A stretch of 63,169 nt of DNA, filler included, from Thraustochytrium aureum (taxonomy: Eukaryota), in the NCBI GenBank assembly GCA_012862495.1. It is 9 parts of 4 records of this genome, joined end to end, with 100 filler letters (N's around TTAATTAATTAA, not from the genome) between each part and the next. Parts side by side here need not be neighbours in the genome. Positions count along the whole stretch, not along the records: positions 1 to 27,764 come from BLSG01000061.1; positions 27,865 to 34,570 come from BLSG01000062.1; positions 34,671 to 39,770 come from BLSG01000062.1; 6 more parts are not named here. One strand, written 5' to 3'. This document shows positions 23,513 through 34,834 of the stretch, piece by piece (position 1 is the first letter of the stretch; every line of letters starts with the position of its first letter). Under the pieces are notes generated by a model, which was not told the DNA's origin, did no database searches, and saw nothing but the letters and a program-made list of their open reading frames with translations. A program made the position numbers and the translations under genes.

Positions 23513-25407
23513 ATGCTGGCCGGCGACGAGATTTGGGACTTTGACGTGCCTGAAACCGATGTTGAGGACTGGAGCGCGTCGAGCTCCAGCGGCGACTCTG
23601 ACGACGAGGAGGCTGGCAGCTGCGCCGACGGGTTTCTCGTCGAGGACGCGTCGCAGCGCATCTGCATCGACGACATCCCGGCCGAGTGGCTCAAATTTGC
23701 TCGCGAACGAGCCAGCGGGTCGCGCCGCGCCAGGTACGGCGCGCGAGAGGTCGGCGAACTGAACGTACGCGTCTGCCACCGACTCGTGCATGCGCACCCC
23801 TTGCTCCAGCAGCTGGCCACGGGGCGCGAGCCGCAGCNNNNNNNNNNNNNNNNNNNNNNNNNNNNNNNNNNNNNNNNNNNNNNNNNNNNNNNNNNNNNNN
23901 NNNNNNNNNNNNNNNNNNNNNNNNNNNNNNNNNNNNNNNNNNNNNNNNNNNNNNNNNNNNNNNNNNNNCTCTCGCAGCCAGCGACGAAACGCAGCGGCAC
24001 TGGCCTTCCGCCGACCTCGCGTCGCTGGAGCATGGGCTCCACGGAGCCCCGGCAGAGTGCGTGAAACAGCTTCGCGAGGCCGTCCGACGAACCGAGCAAG
24101 CCTGCGTACGCGCCAACGAGCTGGCCGAGCTGGCTCGCGCCATTCAAGAGCAAGCGGAAGCGGGCCGACGCGTGGCCACCAAAGCGCTGCGCGAGATTTG
24201 CGAGGCCGTCTCGTGCAACGAGCTTCCTGAAAAGCCCAACTCAGCATCTTATCGCATCTGGCGCCAAGCTGCCGAAGCCGCAACATGGTCCGTCGTGCGC
24301 GAGTCTGCGCTCATGGACGCGTTCAAGGAGGCGTGCACAGGCGCCGTACGGGCTCGGCAAACGGAGCCTCAAGACGACCAAGGCGAGCGAGCAGGCCTCG
24401 CGGGCGATGTTCGAATTGGAGGCAGAGACTGTTCTGGCATCAGTGGTTTTGATGTGCGAATCGTGGGGGAGCGAATCGTGGGAGAGCGAACCGTGGACGA
24501 CCGGGCCGTGGACGACCGGACCGTGGACGACCGAATCGTGGACGAGTGGAGTCGCGACGAGCGATGGCCATGTGGCCCGACGTCGGCAGGCTACCTCGAC
24601 GTCCCCGAGCAGTGCTCGAAATGCCTGGACGAGTCCTCGTCAGGCAGCGACGCCACTCCTCTCGTTTTCTACCCGCTCGAGGACAGCACGAGCGTCTCCA
24701 CCGCCTCCCTCTGCTCGAAACTTTCGGCAAGGTTATCTTTGGGGAGACAACGTTGCGGCTTGGGAGGCGGCAACGCCACAAAGCCTGGCAAGCAGCGACT
24801 TGGTGGCCCCGTCGCGCGTGGGGAGAGCGCAAGCGCAATCGCCGCCGCCTTTGAAAGGCTGCAGGCTGACAGGGGAACAGGCTGGGTCGACGACCTTTCG
24901 CAGCTGCTTGCCGAGAAGCGGGAAGCGAAGAGAAGGCAGGTTTCGGATGCGGAGACAATGGCAGCGCCCGTCCTCGTCGAGGCAGCATCTCAAACTGAGA
25001 CAGCGCCCGTCGTAGTTGTGGCTGCGCCAATCGTGCTAGTGACTGCGCCCGCAGTAGTGGCTGCTCCTGCAATGGAAGCGCCCAACTGCGTGGCAGCGCC
25101 AAACAGCGCGAAACCGGCAGCGCCGAAAAGCAACGAGGCAGCTCTAGCGCCCGTTCTTCAGGCAGCAGCGCCTCTCAAACCGCAGACCAAAGGCCGCCGC
25201 ACGCACCACAAGTCCTGTGCGCGCCGCCCAACCGCCTCAAAGCCCGCAACCGCAGCCGAGTCGCTGCCTCCGCGCAAACGCAGCGCGCTTGGTCCACGAT
25301 GCTCGAGCCAGGGCGCACTGCCCGCTCGCCTTTCGCCGGCACAGCAAAGCCACGTCGCGCGCTTGGAGAGAGCGCGCTGTCTGCGCCAGCCATCGGTGCG
25401 GCACTGA
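23513..25407 (+). CDS. Hypothetical protein (gapped; helical segment, pentapeptide repeats, low-complexity tail)
   Basis: Long open frames on both sides of a gap; start MLAGDEIWDFD; 15-bp repeats ERIVG/ERTVD/DRAVD/DRIVD at about 24455-24545. No family recognised. Confidence 0.55.
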
Positions 25408-25542
25408 CAAGCCCAAGCCATCACGTGAAGGCCGAAGCAATCGAAGTAGGTATCTAATGATCAAGATGTACAGAACTCTCGACGACTTGGAACTCTGGAC
25501 GGCGGCTCGGCCACTGGCAGGCCCCTCGGCAAGCCCAAGGAC

Positions 25543-26298
25543 TTGCAGCAAAACCCCGAAAGCGTCTTGGTCGAAGCTGTGGCATCGCACCCGGACGGTG
25601 CGGCAAACGCCAACCTTCGCCTCGTGTGCGACAGCGACGGGAATTCCATTTTGCGAGCGATTTCCGTGCAAACGGCATACCGGTGCTTCGAGTGCACCAA
25701 GGCGCGCAAGTCGGCCCCGCCGAGCGTGGAGACGACAAGCCCAAGCAAATTTTCAACAGTTCACACGATCAGGACCGAGGAGCAACGGAAAGTGACTTGC
25801 GAGCGCGAGATGCGGCGCAAGTACAACGCTTCTCGCTCGAAGCTTCCCCTCGCTCCGCAGCTCTCGCGCGAGTCCAGGCCGCCCCAGCACAATTCCATCT
25901 TTCCAAGCCTATCGTATCGCCTCCAAAACCTCCTGAAAGGCGTGGAGATGCTGGGGGACGGCGGGTCGTTCGACACGGAGTGCATCATGGGCGAGAACGA
26001 CTACTCGCTCATTCTGGCCATCAGCTACCTCAGGGACGTCAAAAACTCACTTGAGCGCCACCCATTACGGCAAGCCGACGCAAGCAAGGGGTTCGGGAGC
26101 AAGCTCTTTGCCAGCCAGGCTTTCTTAGCTTGGCGAGAGTTCGACAAGAGCTTTGCTGATCATCATGCCGGCCTGCAGGTCTCCGAGGTGAGCTCGACCT
26201 GGAATAACTGGACGCTCACGTCGCCACCCACGGGATCCGAACCCCACAGCGGCTGGGCCGCGTTCCTATCGTTCATTCGCAGGGAATTGTGTGAATAA
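25543..26298 (+). CDS. Hypothetical protein with a CxxC motif; start uncertain
   Basis: 251-codon frame with globular-looking composition (YRCFEC); the true start may lie upstream across a frameshift. Confidence 0.45.
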   Translation: MQQNPESVLVEAVASHPDGAANANLRLVCDSDGNSILRAISVQTAYRCFECTKARKSAPPSVETTSPSKFSTVHTIRTEEQRKVTCEREMRRKYNASRSKLPLAPQLSRESRPPQHNSIFPSLSYRLQNLLKGVEMLGDGGSFDTECIMGENDYSLILAISYLRDVKNSLERHPLRQADASKGFGSKLFASQAFLAWREFDKSFADHHAGLQVSEVSSTWNNWTLTSPPTGSEPHSGWAAFLSFIRRELCE

Positions 26299-26332
26299 GT
26301 GCGCGAGCGCGCGTCTCGAGCGCTCTAAAGCC

Positions 26333-27764
26333 ATGTACGGTATGCCACCTGCACGGGAATCAGCAACCGCCTCCACTGCGCTGATCCCAAAAACCACCAG
26401 TAGGTACGAGAACCAGCAAGCGTTTCTCTTGCGCTAATCTCCAAAACGATCGACTCAGATTTGCACAACACCGACTTGTCCGAGTCCACAGCTCCTTGTC
26501 CACAGTTACAGAGCCTCCACCTGCAGCCCACCGAGCGCTCAGCGGTTCAACGCAACTGAGCAGAGCATACCAACCCTGGTGCGTCCTCAGTCTCCTCTTA
26601 CGTCTGTCGCCGTCCTATCCTACCACGGACGAGTACCGTACATACNNNNNNNNNNNNNNNNNNNNNNNNNNNNNNNNNNNNNNNNNNNNNNNNNNNNNNN
26701 NNNNNNNNNNNNNNNNNNNNNNNNNNNNNNNNNNNNNNNNNNNNNNNNNNNNNNNNNNNNNNNNNNNNNNNNNNNNNNNNNNNNNNNNNNNNNNNNNNNN
26801 NNNNNNNNNNNNNNNNNNNNNNNNNNNNNNNNNNNNNNNNNNNNNNNNNNNNNNNNNNNNNNNNNNNNNNNNNNNNNNNNNNNNNNNNNNNNNNNNNNNN
26901 NNNNNNNNNNNNNNNNNNNNNNNNNNNNNNNNNNNNNNNNNNNNCACGCACGTTGTCACGCGCGACTCGGTGACAAACACAGTGATTGATTTCCAGGCGC
27001 TCCAACCATCTTCGGGCTGGGAGCATACCCTCGGCCAGACGGTTCCGTTCCCAGGAATGCGCAACTTCGATCAGTACCGGCTATCCCTGCTCCAGGAGAT
27101 CGGCCGCGCACTAGATCCCTCTGGCATCACGGCCTCTGACATCATCGATTTTATGGAAGTGCTCCCCGAGGACAAGATCCCCCCAACGCTCAAATCGCTA
27201 CTCAACCCAGCCGTTCACAGCACTCTCAGGGCAGCCAAAACCCGCACCGCTCTCAGTGAGGCAAACCGGGCGCTACAGTCGCGGACAGCTGAACACGTCA
27301 CGGCTATCGCTGCGTACCGGACGTTGAGACAACGAGCCTTGGCGTACGCGGAAGATGCCCAAGTGACAGCCCAGCTCTCACTTTACACTTGGGTCCCGCG
27401 CCTTGGACAGTCCAAAGCGGACATCCTCTCACATTTCCAAAGAGTGGTAACCGCGGCCCTATCCCCGGACCTGCATCCACGCATTGTGTTGACCTCGTTC
27501 CTCGCGGGCCTCACCAAAGCAGATGCCAACCTCTGCCAACAGGTTGAGCGACGCCTTAAAGGGTATTCACGGATGCTGGCCTCCAACCGCAAACCGCTCA
27601 CGCCTGAGGCACGGCTCGAGGCGGCCTACATGGCCTTTACCGAGCACTATAATCCGCAGTTGTACTCCACCAACAGGGTCTTGCGGGGTGCGAGCTCCCG
27701 CCGAGGGGACTCGCGCAAGGTTCCGCGTGATAACGACACGCACAGAAACCACAAAAATGGCGAT
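26333..27764 (+). mobile_element. Putative LTR-retrotransposon gag ORF, truncated by contig end
   Basis: C/A-rich, lower-GC DNA; GQSKADILSHFQRVV...IVLTSFLAGL fits the gag major-homology-like pattern and is followed by a basic NC-like stretch; the contig breaks here. Confidence 0.5.
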
Positions 27765-27808
27765 NNNNNNNNNNNNNNNNNNNNNNNNNNNNNNNNNNNN
27801 NNNNNNNN

Positions 27809-27820
27809 TTAATTAATTAA
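27809..27820. other. Artificial contig linker TTAATTAATTAA flanked by 44 N each side (also 34615-34626, 39815-39826, 45136-45147, 51169-51180, 52614-52625, 56340-56351, 61936-61947)
   Basis: The identical 100-nt cassette with stop codons in all six frames occurs eight times. Confidence 0.97.
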
Positions 27821-27864
27821 NNNNNNNNNNNNNNNNNNNNNNNNNNNNNNNNNNNNNNNNNNNN

Positions 27865-28850
27865 CTCGAGGGACACACGTATAGTGTCAGTGCCGTGGCT
27901 CTCTCGCCCGACGGCTACCGCATTGTTTCGGGGAGCTACGACAAGACCGTCCGCATCTGGGACGCGAAATCGGGCAGCGAGATCCGGCGGCTCGAGGGGC
28001 ACACCTCTTGGGTCTACGCCGTGTCCCTCTCGGTTGACGGCGACCGCATAGTTTCGGGGAGCAACGACATGACCGTCCGTACGTGGGACGCGAGATCGGG
28101 GCAGGAGATTCGGCGGCTTGAGGGGCACACCTACAGGGTTAAGGCCGTGACCCTCTCGCGCGATGGCGACCGCATCGTTTCCGGGGGCAAGACAAAACCA
28201 TCCGTATCTGGGACGCGAGGACAGGGCAGGAGCTCCGGCGGCTCGAGGGGCACACGAACAGTGTCATGGTCGTGGCCCTGTCGCGCGACGGGGGCCGCAT
28301 TGTTTCTGGGAGCGACGATATGACCGTCCGTATCTGGGACGCCCAGTCGGGCGAGGAGCTCCGGCGGTTTAAGGGACACACTTCTGGTGTCAAGGCTGTG
28401 GCATTCTCGCGCGACGGCGGCCGCATTGTTTCTGGGAGCGACGATAAGACCGTCCGCGTCTGGGACGCGAAATCGGGACTTCAGCTCCGGCAACTCAAGG
28501 GACACACCTCCAGTGTCGATGCCGTGGCCTTCTCGCGTGACGACGACCGCATCGTTTCGCGGAACGGCACGGGCCGCGTGCTTGTGTGGTCAGTTGCGAC
28601 GGGCAGCGTAGTAGAGGACGCAGATGCAGCGGCAGTTCTGGCTCAAGAAGAGCTACAGATGCCGGCGCTGAAGCACGGCGGAGCTACGGTATCCGTGGTA
28701 AGCGGGCCTGGAGCAACTCTCTCGGCAGGCTTCACGTGCGACTCTGCTATCGATCGAAGCGTGGCAGCACCGGACGGGTCGTTCGTGGCTCTTTTCGACG
28801 GTTCGCATCAGCTGTGCGTGCTGAATCTGATTCAGCGGAAAGTGCAATGA
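27865..28850 (+). CDS. C-terminal part of a WD40 protein with highly similar 42-aa (126-bp) repeats, HET-E/NWD-like; 5' end missing; frameshift near 28189
   Basis: About six units of GHTxxVxAVxxSxDGxRIVSGSxDxTVRIWDAxSGxExRRLE, the last degenerate. Confidence 0.9.
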
Positions 28851-30427
28851 AAAGGCATACGCAAGGCGGGTAAGTTTGGGGTCGCTTTTGCGCTGTCAGC
28901 AGGAGTGAGCCCGACCTCCCAAAAATGAAATTCAAGGCTGGGTCTTACAAAACGTGTCTCGTGTCCGCATTGCAAGGCTGTCCTTCGTCATGTTTTGCGG
29001 CATCGGGTTTTGCAGATCAAGACTCGCCTTTGTCTTTGGGATTGAATGATGAACTCCATGTTATTGGGACAATTGGGATATCAACAGGCTAGCAGCAATC
29101 GAGTAGAGCGCGATCACCGCCTCGGCAAGTCCAACCGGATAACTGCAAACGAGCAAGGCGCGGCCACTCTCCGCGCTGCACCATTTCGATGCAGCTAAGC
29201 CGGGCCGCGGCAACTTCATCACTCCCCCGCTCCAAGGCACAGCGCAAGAGCCAGTTCACTCGCCGCGCTGACCGAGCCGGGACAACGGACCCTGGCATGT
29301 AGAGCCTATCTCATTGCACCACCCGAACAGACATGGTCCGCCTGCGACTCAACCGCTGCCGAGTAAACCGACAGCGCATCCGATCAAAGGTTTCCATCCG
29401 CGCTCAACCAAATAGGCGCCAAGCAGACGCCCCATGTTAAGCATTGACATCGATGGCGATCGAATGGGAAAATCTCGCAATGGCAAGCAATCCCCCAACC
29501 GAGTTGGTGGACCAAAGCGAGAACCGAAAGGCAAGCAAAAGGCAAACAACCCGACCCGAATACATACTCGATTAGGCAACAAAAGAAAAGCACGTTAAAC
29601 CTGTGAACCAATCTCGCATCTCCGCGGAGTAACATCTCCGCCGNNNNNNNNNNNNNNNNNNNNNNNNNNNNNNNNNNNNNNNNNNNNNNNNNNNNNNNNN
29701 NNNNNNNNNNNNNNNNNNNNNNNNNNNNNNNNNNNNNNNNNNNNNNNNNNNNNNNNNNNNNNNNNNNNNNNNNNNNNNNNNNNNNNNNNNNNNNNNNNNN
29801 NNNNNNNNNNNNNNNNNNNNNNNNNNNNNNNNNNNNNNNNNNNNNNNNNNNNNNNNNNNNNNNNNNNNNNNNNNNNNNNNNNNNNNNNNNNNNNNNNNNN
29901 NNNNNNNNNNNNNNNNNNNNNNNNNNNNNNNNNNNNNNNNNNNNNNNNNNNNNNNNNNNNNNNNNNNNNNNNGGAAACCTACCTTTGATTCGCATTTGGC
30001 GTCTGGCCCTCATGAAGCCGGTCTGGGTCCTCTCCAGCAAGCCGCCTTTGTGGCGCAGCGAGACATCCCTGTTGGTGTTGCCTGACCTGCGCATTGGTTT
30101 GGCTGTGCCGTTTTTCACTTTTCTTTTTTAGTTAGACGCTGATAGGTTGGACCCTTGACAAAACTTCCGCCCTCCTCACTCATTCGCTCGTCACATTCAG
30201 GCTGTTTTGCGTCACTAAAACTGATGGCTCGTGTCCAAGTTGCGCTTCTTGGGGATGGAGTCTCGTTCAGTTGCGTTACTTTAATTCTGCACTTCTGCAT
30301 GCCCGCCGCCTTCAGCGGGGGGGGTCGCCAATTGTTTTTGGGGAACGAGTCACAACGGACCCGCGGGCTGGGGTCCACATCGACAGCCAGTTAGCCTACT
30401 TTTTCTCCCGGTCCGAGTCATTTCTCT

Positions 30428-33189
30428 CTATTTTTGGGTTGTCCGTGCACGAGAAGTAGCTGGGTACAATGCGAGCAAACCCTCGCGGTCGGCCTCTTCG
30501 TCATACGGGAAAATACGGGCGAGAATCGCAGCCGCGACTTGTGCCAGGCAGCGCTTGAGCACCGGGTCTTCGTCAAGCTGCTTGACGAGTTCCTCGACAG
30601 ACTTCCTTTCGCCGTCGGCACTCTCCAAGTCGGCCTTGATAAGGGGATACCAAAGATTGTTCGCCACACCCATCATCCCCATCCACTCATCTTTGTCTGT
30701 CATCTCGTCGACCAGCACGAGGGGCAGTAGGTCCCCCACCAACTTGAACTGTTCAGCATAATAATACTCCAGTCTGCAGACGCTGTTTTGGTCCTCATCT
30801 CGCACCTTGTCGGCGTAGTCGGTGGTGAGGCACACGCAAAAGGTCTGGGACTGATCTATGCCGCTCGTCAACGATTGCTTCGCGTTGTCTCGAACCTCAC
30901 ATTCGTCAACCCAACACTTGATGCCGTAGTCCGAGTCAAGCTTTTGCGCAATTGCCAGAACCCAGTTGTGCGTGCGTTTCTCTTTGCCCCAACTGTGCGA
31001 CATGAACGCGTCGAACCTAGTGCGCAGCCGTGTCGAGAGCCGGAGCACTTCGTCACAGAACAATTTTGTTGCGCGGCTGTCCGCGAGCTCGCTCATGTCC
31101 CGCTGCAGCATCATTTCCATATTGGTCTTTGCCTTGTCTGTCTGGTGCAGCGGCAACGAATCAAACGCGAGGTTGTTGCTGCCCAGGCGCAGGAGAATAA
31201 GTTTAACTTGCTCGCTGGCGACTTCCAGAACTTCGTTGGGGGCTTTGTCCTTGGCCTTGAGCTGCTGCTCGATTTGTCTGCGGATAAACTTCTGGACGGC
31301 GTACGGTTCGCGTTTAAGCAGTCGCTTGTTCACGTCGGCTGCACGAACTGTAGCTCGCATCGAAAACTGAGGGACCAACTCCACGATGCTTGCCTTTCGA
31401 GTGATGAGTCGAGGAAGGCCTTTTGCCGTGTCGTACACGTCGGCCTCCTGCTCTCGGCAAGCGCCAAGTGCCTGGAGGTCGCTCAAGAACGCTCCTCTAC
31501 TCCCCTCGTTANNNNNNNNNNNNNNNNNNNNNNNNNNNNNNNNNNNNNNNNNNNNNNNNNNNNNNNNNNNNNNNNNNNNNNNNNNNNNNNNNNNNNNNNN
31601 NNNNNNNNNNNNNNNNNNNNNNNNNNNNNNNNNNNNNNNNNNNNNNNNNNNNNNNNNNNNNNNNNNNNNNNNNNNNNNNNNNNNNNNNNNNNNNNNNNNN
31701 NNNNNNNNNNNNNNNNNNNNNNNNNNNNNNNNNNNNNNNNNNNNNNNNNNNNNNNNNNNNNNNNNNNNNNNNNNNNNNNNNNNNNNNNNNNNNNNNNNNN
31801 NNNNNNNNNNNNNNNNNNNNNNNNNNNNNNNNNNNNNNNNNNNNNNNNNNNNNNNNNNNNNNNNNNNNNNNNNNNNNNNNNNNNNNNNNNNNNNNNNNNN
31901 NNNNNNNNNNNNNNNNNNNNNNNNNNNNNNNNNNNNNNNNNNNNNNNNNNNNNNNNNNNNNNNNNNNNNNNNNNNNNNNNNNNNNNNNNNNNNNNNNNNN
32001 NNNNNNNNNNNNNNNNNNNNNNNNNNNNNNNNNNNNNNNNNNNNNNNNNNNNNNNNNNNNNNNNNNNNNNNNNNNNNNNNNNNNNNNNNNNNNNNNNNNN
32101 NNNNNNNNNNNNNNNNNNNNNNNNNNNNNNNNNNNNNNNNNNNNNNNNNNNNNNNNNNNNNNNNNNNNNNNNNNNNNNNNNNNNNNNNNNNNNNNNNNNN
32201 NNNNNNNNNNNNNNNNNNNNCAGCGCATGCGTCATGTAGTACTCCTCCGAGCCGCTAAAGTCCCACAACGAGATCACGCCGCCCTCCGAGCTGCCCTTGA
32301 CGTCAAACTCGATGCTGTGGATGTCCACGCTAATGGTCGCCCGCGAGTCGTCGCTCGCTGGCGTCGGGTCGGCCTGGAGCCCTTTCGCCTTCAGGGCGCG
32401 CGTCAAGCTCGTCTTGCCAACGCCCGCGGGGCCCACAACAAGCACCTTGACCTGGAGCACCGTATCGGGGCTGAAGAGGATGCCCTCCAAGAAAGCAAAG
32501 GTGTTCTTTGCAGAGGTCGAGGTATCTCTCTCGAGGACTTCTCGTGGAGCTAGCGGCACGGGGAGCCCGCAGTCGATGGCGAGCTTGGCGAAACGCCGGG
32601 TCGCCACTGCGCGCGCGTCATTCCTGTCGATGCTAGGGCCTTCGACATTACACTCGACGCGGACAAGTGCCGCTAGAGCGACTTCTCCTTGGATACCGAT
32701 GCTGCTGCCCTCAAGGCTGTTGTGGTTGTGATTGTTCGATCATGATGAAGGTGGTCACGCGAGTTGGTCAGCCACAACCCAAAAAATGCACAACTACGCG
32801 GCCGCGCAAGCAGGCACTGCCCTCTTTGCAAACAAGGATGAGGCAGGCATGAGCTCACGGCCATCCGTGCCACGACTTACTTCAGAGAAGTCACTGTCGA
32901 GTTGCTCTTGAGCGCCTTGGCCAGCGCGCCAGCACCTACATCGCCGATTTCGTTGCCACCGAGACTGTTGTTGTTGTTGTTGTTGTTGTGGTTCGATGAT
33001 GAAGGTGGTCGCGCGAGTCTGTCAGCCACCACCGAGAGACACTGACCGCGCAAGCCGGCTCTGTCTGAATTCATGCAAGCACGAGGCTGGTGCGAGCGCA
33101 CCAAGCAGCCAGCCAGAAACTCACTCGATCGACGACTCTCCGCGCTTCACCGCGGCCACTGCCTCCTCTGTGTTCATGCATTTAACCAT
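30428..33189 (-). CDS. ROCO protein: RI-type LRR + Roc GTPase + COR region (mostly in a gap) + C-terminal TIR; exons 33189-33125, 32964-32881, 32716-30428
   Basis: Spliced N-terminus MVKCMNTEEAVAAVKRGESSIDLGGNEIGDVGAGALAKALKSNSTVTSLNLEGSSIG; Roc KVLVVGPAGVGKTSL and LWDFSGSEEYYMTH; TIR FDAFMSHSWG...CWVDE...GIDQSQTFCVCLTTDY...CRLEYYYA...LLPLVL. COR is assumed from family architecture. Confidence 0.85.
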
Positions 33190-33559
33190 CTTGCCTATTT
33201 GCCTGTGGAGCTCACAAACCTCCTGCGGTGGATACGCAACCTTCTAGCAAGACACCTCGCCTCTAGTGCGCGAAACTCGTGCCCTGGTTCGCCTCCCTTC
33301 GACGCCGTTGACGCCCGCCCGCCCGCTGCGCAGTGCCCTGTACTGTACCCTCTTGCGCCTGCTCTGCCTCGTCAACCGACTCTCGCAGCACGTTGAGTGA
33401 CTGCAAAGCTCTCGTTCATGCCATGCACACATGGACGTGAAGTTATGCTTCGGGGCTAGACTGAACCCTGCACAACTGTGACTGTTTTCAACTAAACCCA
33501 TTTTGGACTCCTCCAGATTCCTCTGCCAACACGCTTGTCAGCGGCGCAGAGTGTCCTCA

Positions 33560-33800
33560 CATCAAGTCAGGAGCGTGCACACTTTGATTTCTAGTTGTCG
33601 CGCCAGCCGCTTTTCGATTCGCCGAGTGAGTTTTGCAAGTTTTTGCTCCCTGTTCTTGGAATTGAGCACGGTAGGCCTGCGTCTGTTGCTGGCTGCAAAC
33701 CTCAGGCTTTGGCTGTTAGGCGCAATGGATGCACATGCATGTGTAGGATTCATGTGTCTTAGGCAAATGGATGAAGTGAGTCCATGGTGGCTGCAGCAGC
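33560..33800 (-). pseudogene. Possible decayed BED zinc finger (hAT-like transposase remnant)
   Basis: Minus-strand translation PPWTHFIHLPKTHESYTCMCIHCA* matches the W-x-H-F...CxxC pattern but is broken by stops and frameshifts. Confidence 0.3.
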
Positions 33801-33913
33801 CGAACTCCTGGACTCAACGCTCTCGCTCTCTAGCTCTAGAGAGAGAGTGTCTACAGAGAGCTCTACAGGTAGAGCTCGACTCAGGGCTAGCTAGAGCCAG
33901 TCGCGATTTCCCC

Positions 33914-34570
33914 TGACGCCAGCCCTCCTGCGGGGGTTTGGCCAGAGCCCGGATAGCAAGCTAGCTCAAGTAGAGTGGAGCGGGAGGAGGCCCGACCAGA
34001 AACTCGAAAGAGGGGCAATTGATAATCCATGTGGTTGGTGGTGTTACTCTACGTAGCGCTAATGAAAAAAAACACTTAGGCCTACCGGTACTGGCACACA
34101 ATCCTGATTCACAGTGCGTCCATTCACATGTCCTCGCTGAATATTGAATACCAAGGACAACCAAGAGCCAGAGAATCCAACGGGTACTCGGAGTCAAGAA
34201 ACTTTCGAGTAGCCTCCTCAAGGGATCCTCGAGGTCCTGGTCGGCGAGTCGGGAGTCGAGGATCCTTTGTAAGAACAAGGAAACGTACCTGAACTGAGTG
34301 AACTCTGTGGAATTAAGTGAGGGACACCACTTGGACACCACAACTCCTTTCCTTACTCCTGATCATCTGAAGGACGATTTTGAAGGTCGGGCGCGACTTG
34401 TACGCGCGGCAGTTCACGTCGTCGTGCAGGCCGTACACTAACGTCGAATTTCAACGGTCCTACCCAGGAATGTCTCAATCCGGGCGACTATCACTGACGG
34501 CAGTCCACTTCCTTGCCCAAACCAATGCATCATACGGCGCCTCTGTCGAACCTGGTACTCAGCCACCTCA
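33914..34570 (-). mobile_element. Putative 3' end of an LTR retrotransposon: ORF end, polypurine tract (34344-34360), candidate LTR of about 429 bp (34342-33914)
   Basis: Minus strand reads AGGAGTAAGGAAAGGAG-T-TGTGGTG... followed by a lower-GC noncoding block ending ...GGCGTCA; lies at a contig end. Confidence 0.4.
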
Positions 34571-34834
34571 NNNNNNNNNNNNNNNNNNNNNNNNNNNNNN
34601 NNNNNNNNNNNNNNTTAATTAATTAANNNNNNNNNNNNNNNNNNNNNNNNNNNNNNNNNNNNNNNNNNNNCCGACGGACGCGGCGCAACAGCCGAGGCGC
34701 GCGCAACAGGGCCATAATCAATCCATCTTGAAAGAAGAATACTTATAGGCCTACCACGAGACCTCGACTATTTAGTAGGATTTGACAGGAAAGCCGAGCG
34801 AGCGAGCTGCAACAACGCACGACGCACCCACAAC

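Noticed and set aside
27865..28560. Regular 126-bp repeats as a CRISPR array
   Set aside because: They are coding WD40 units without unique spacers, and no cas genes are present.
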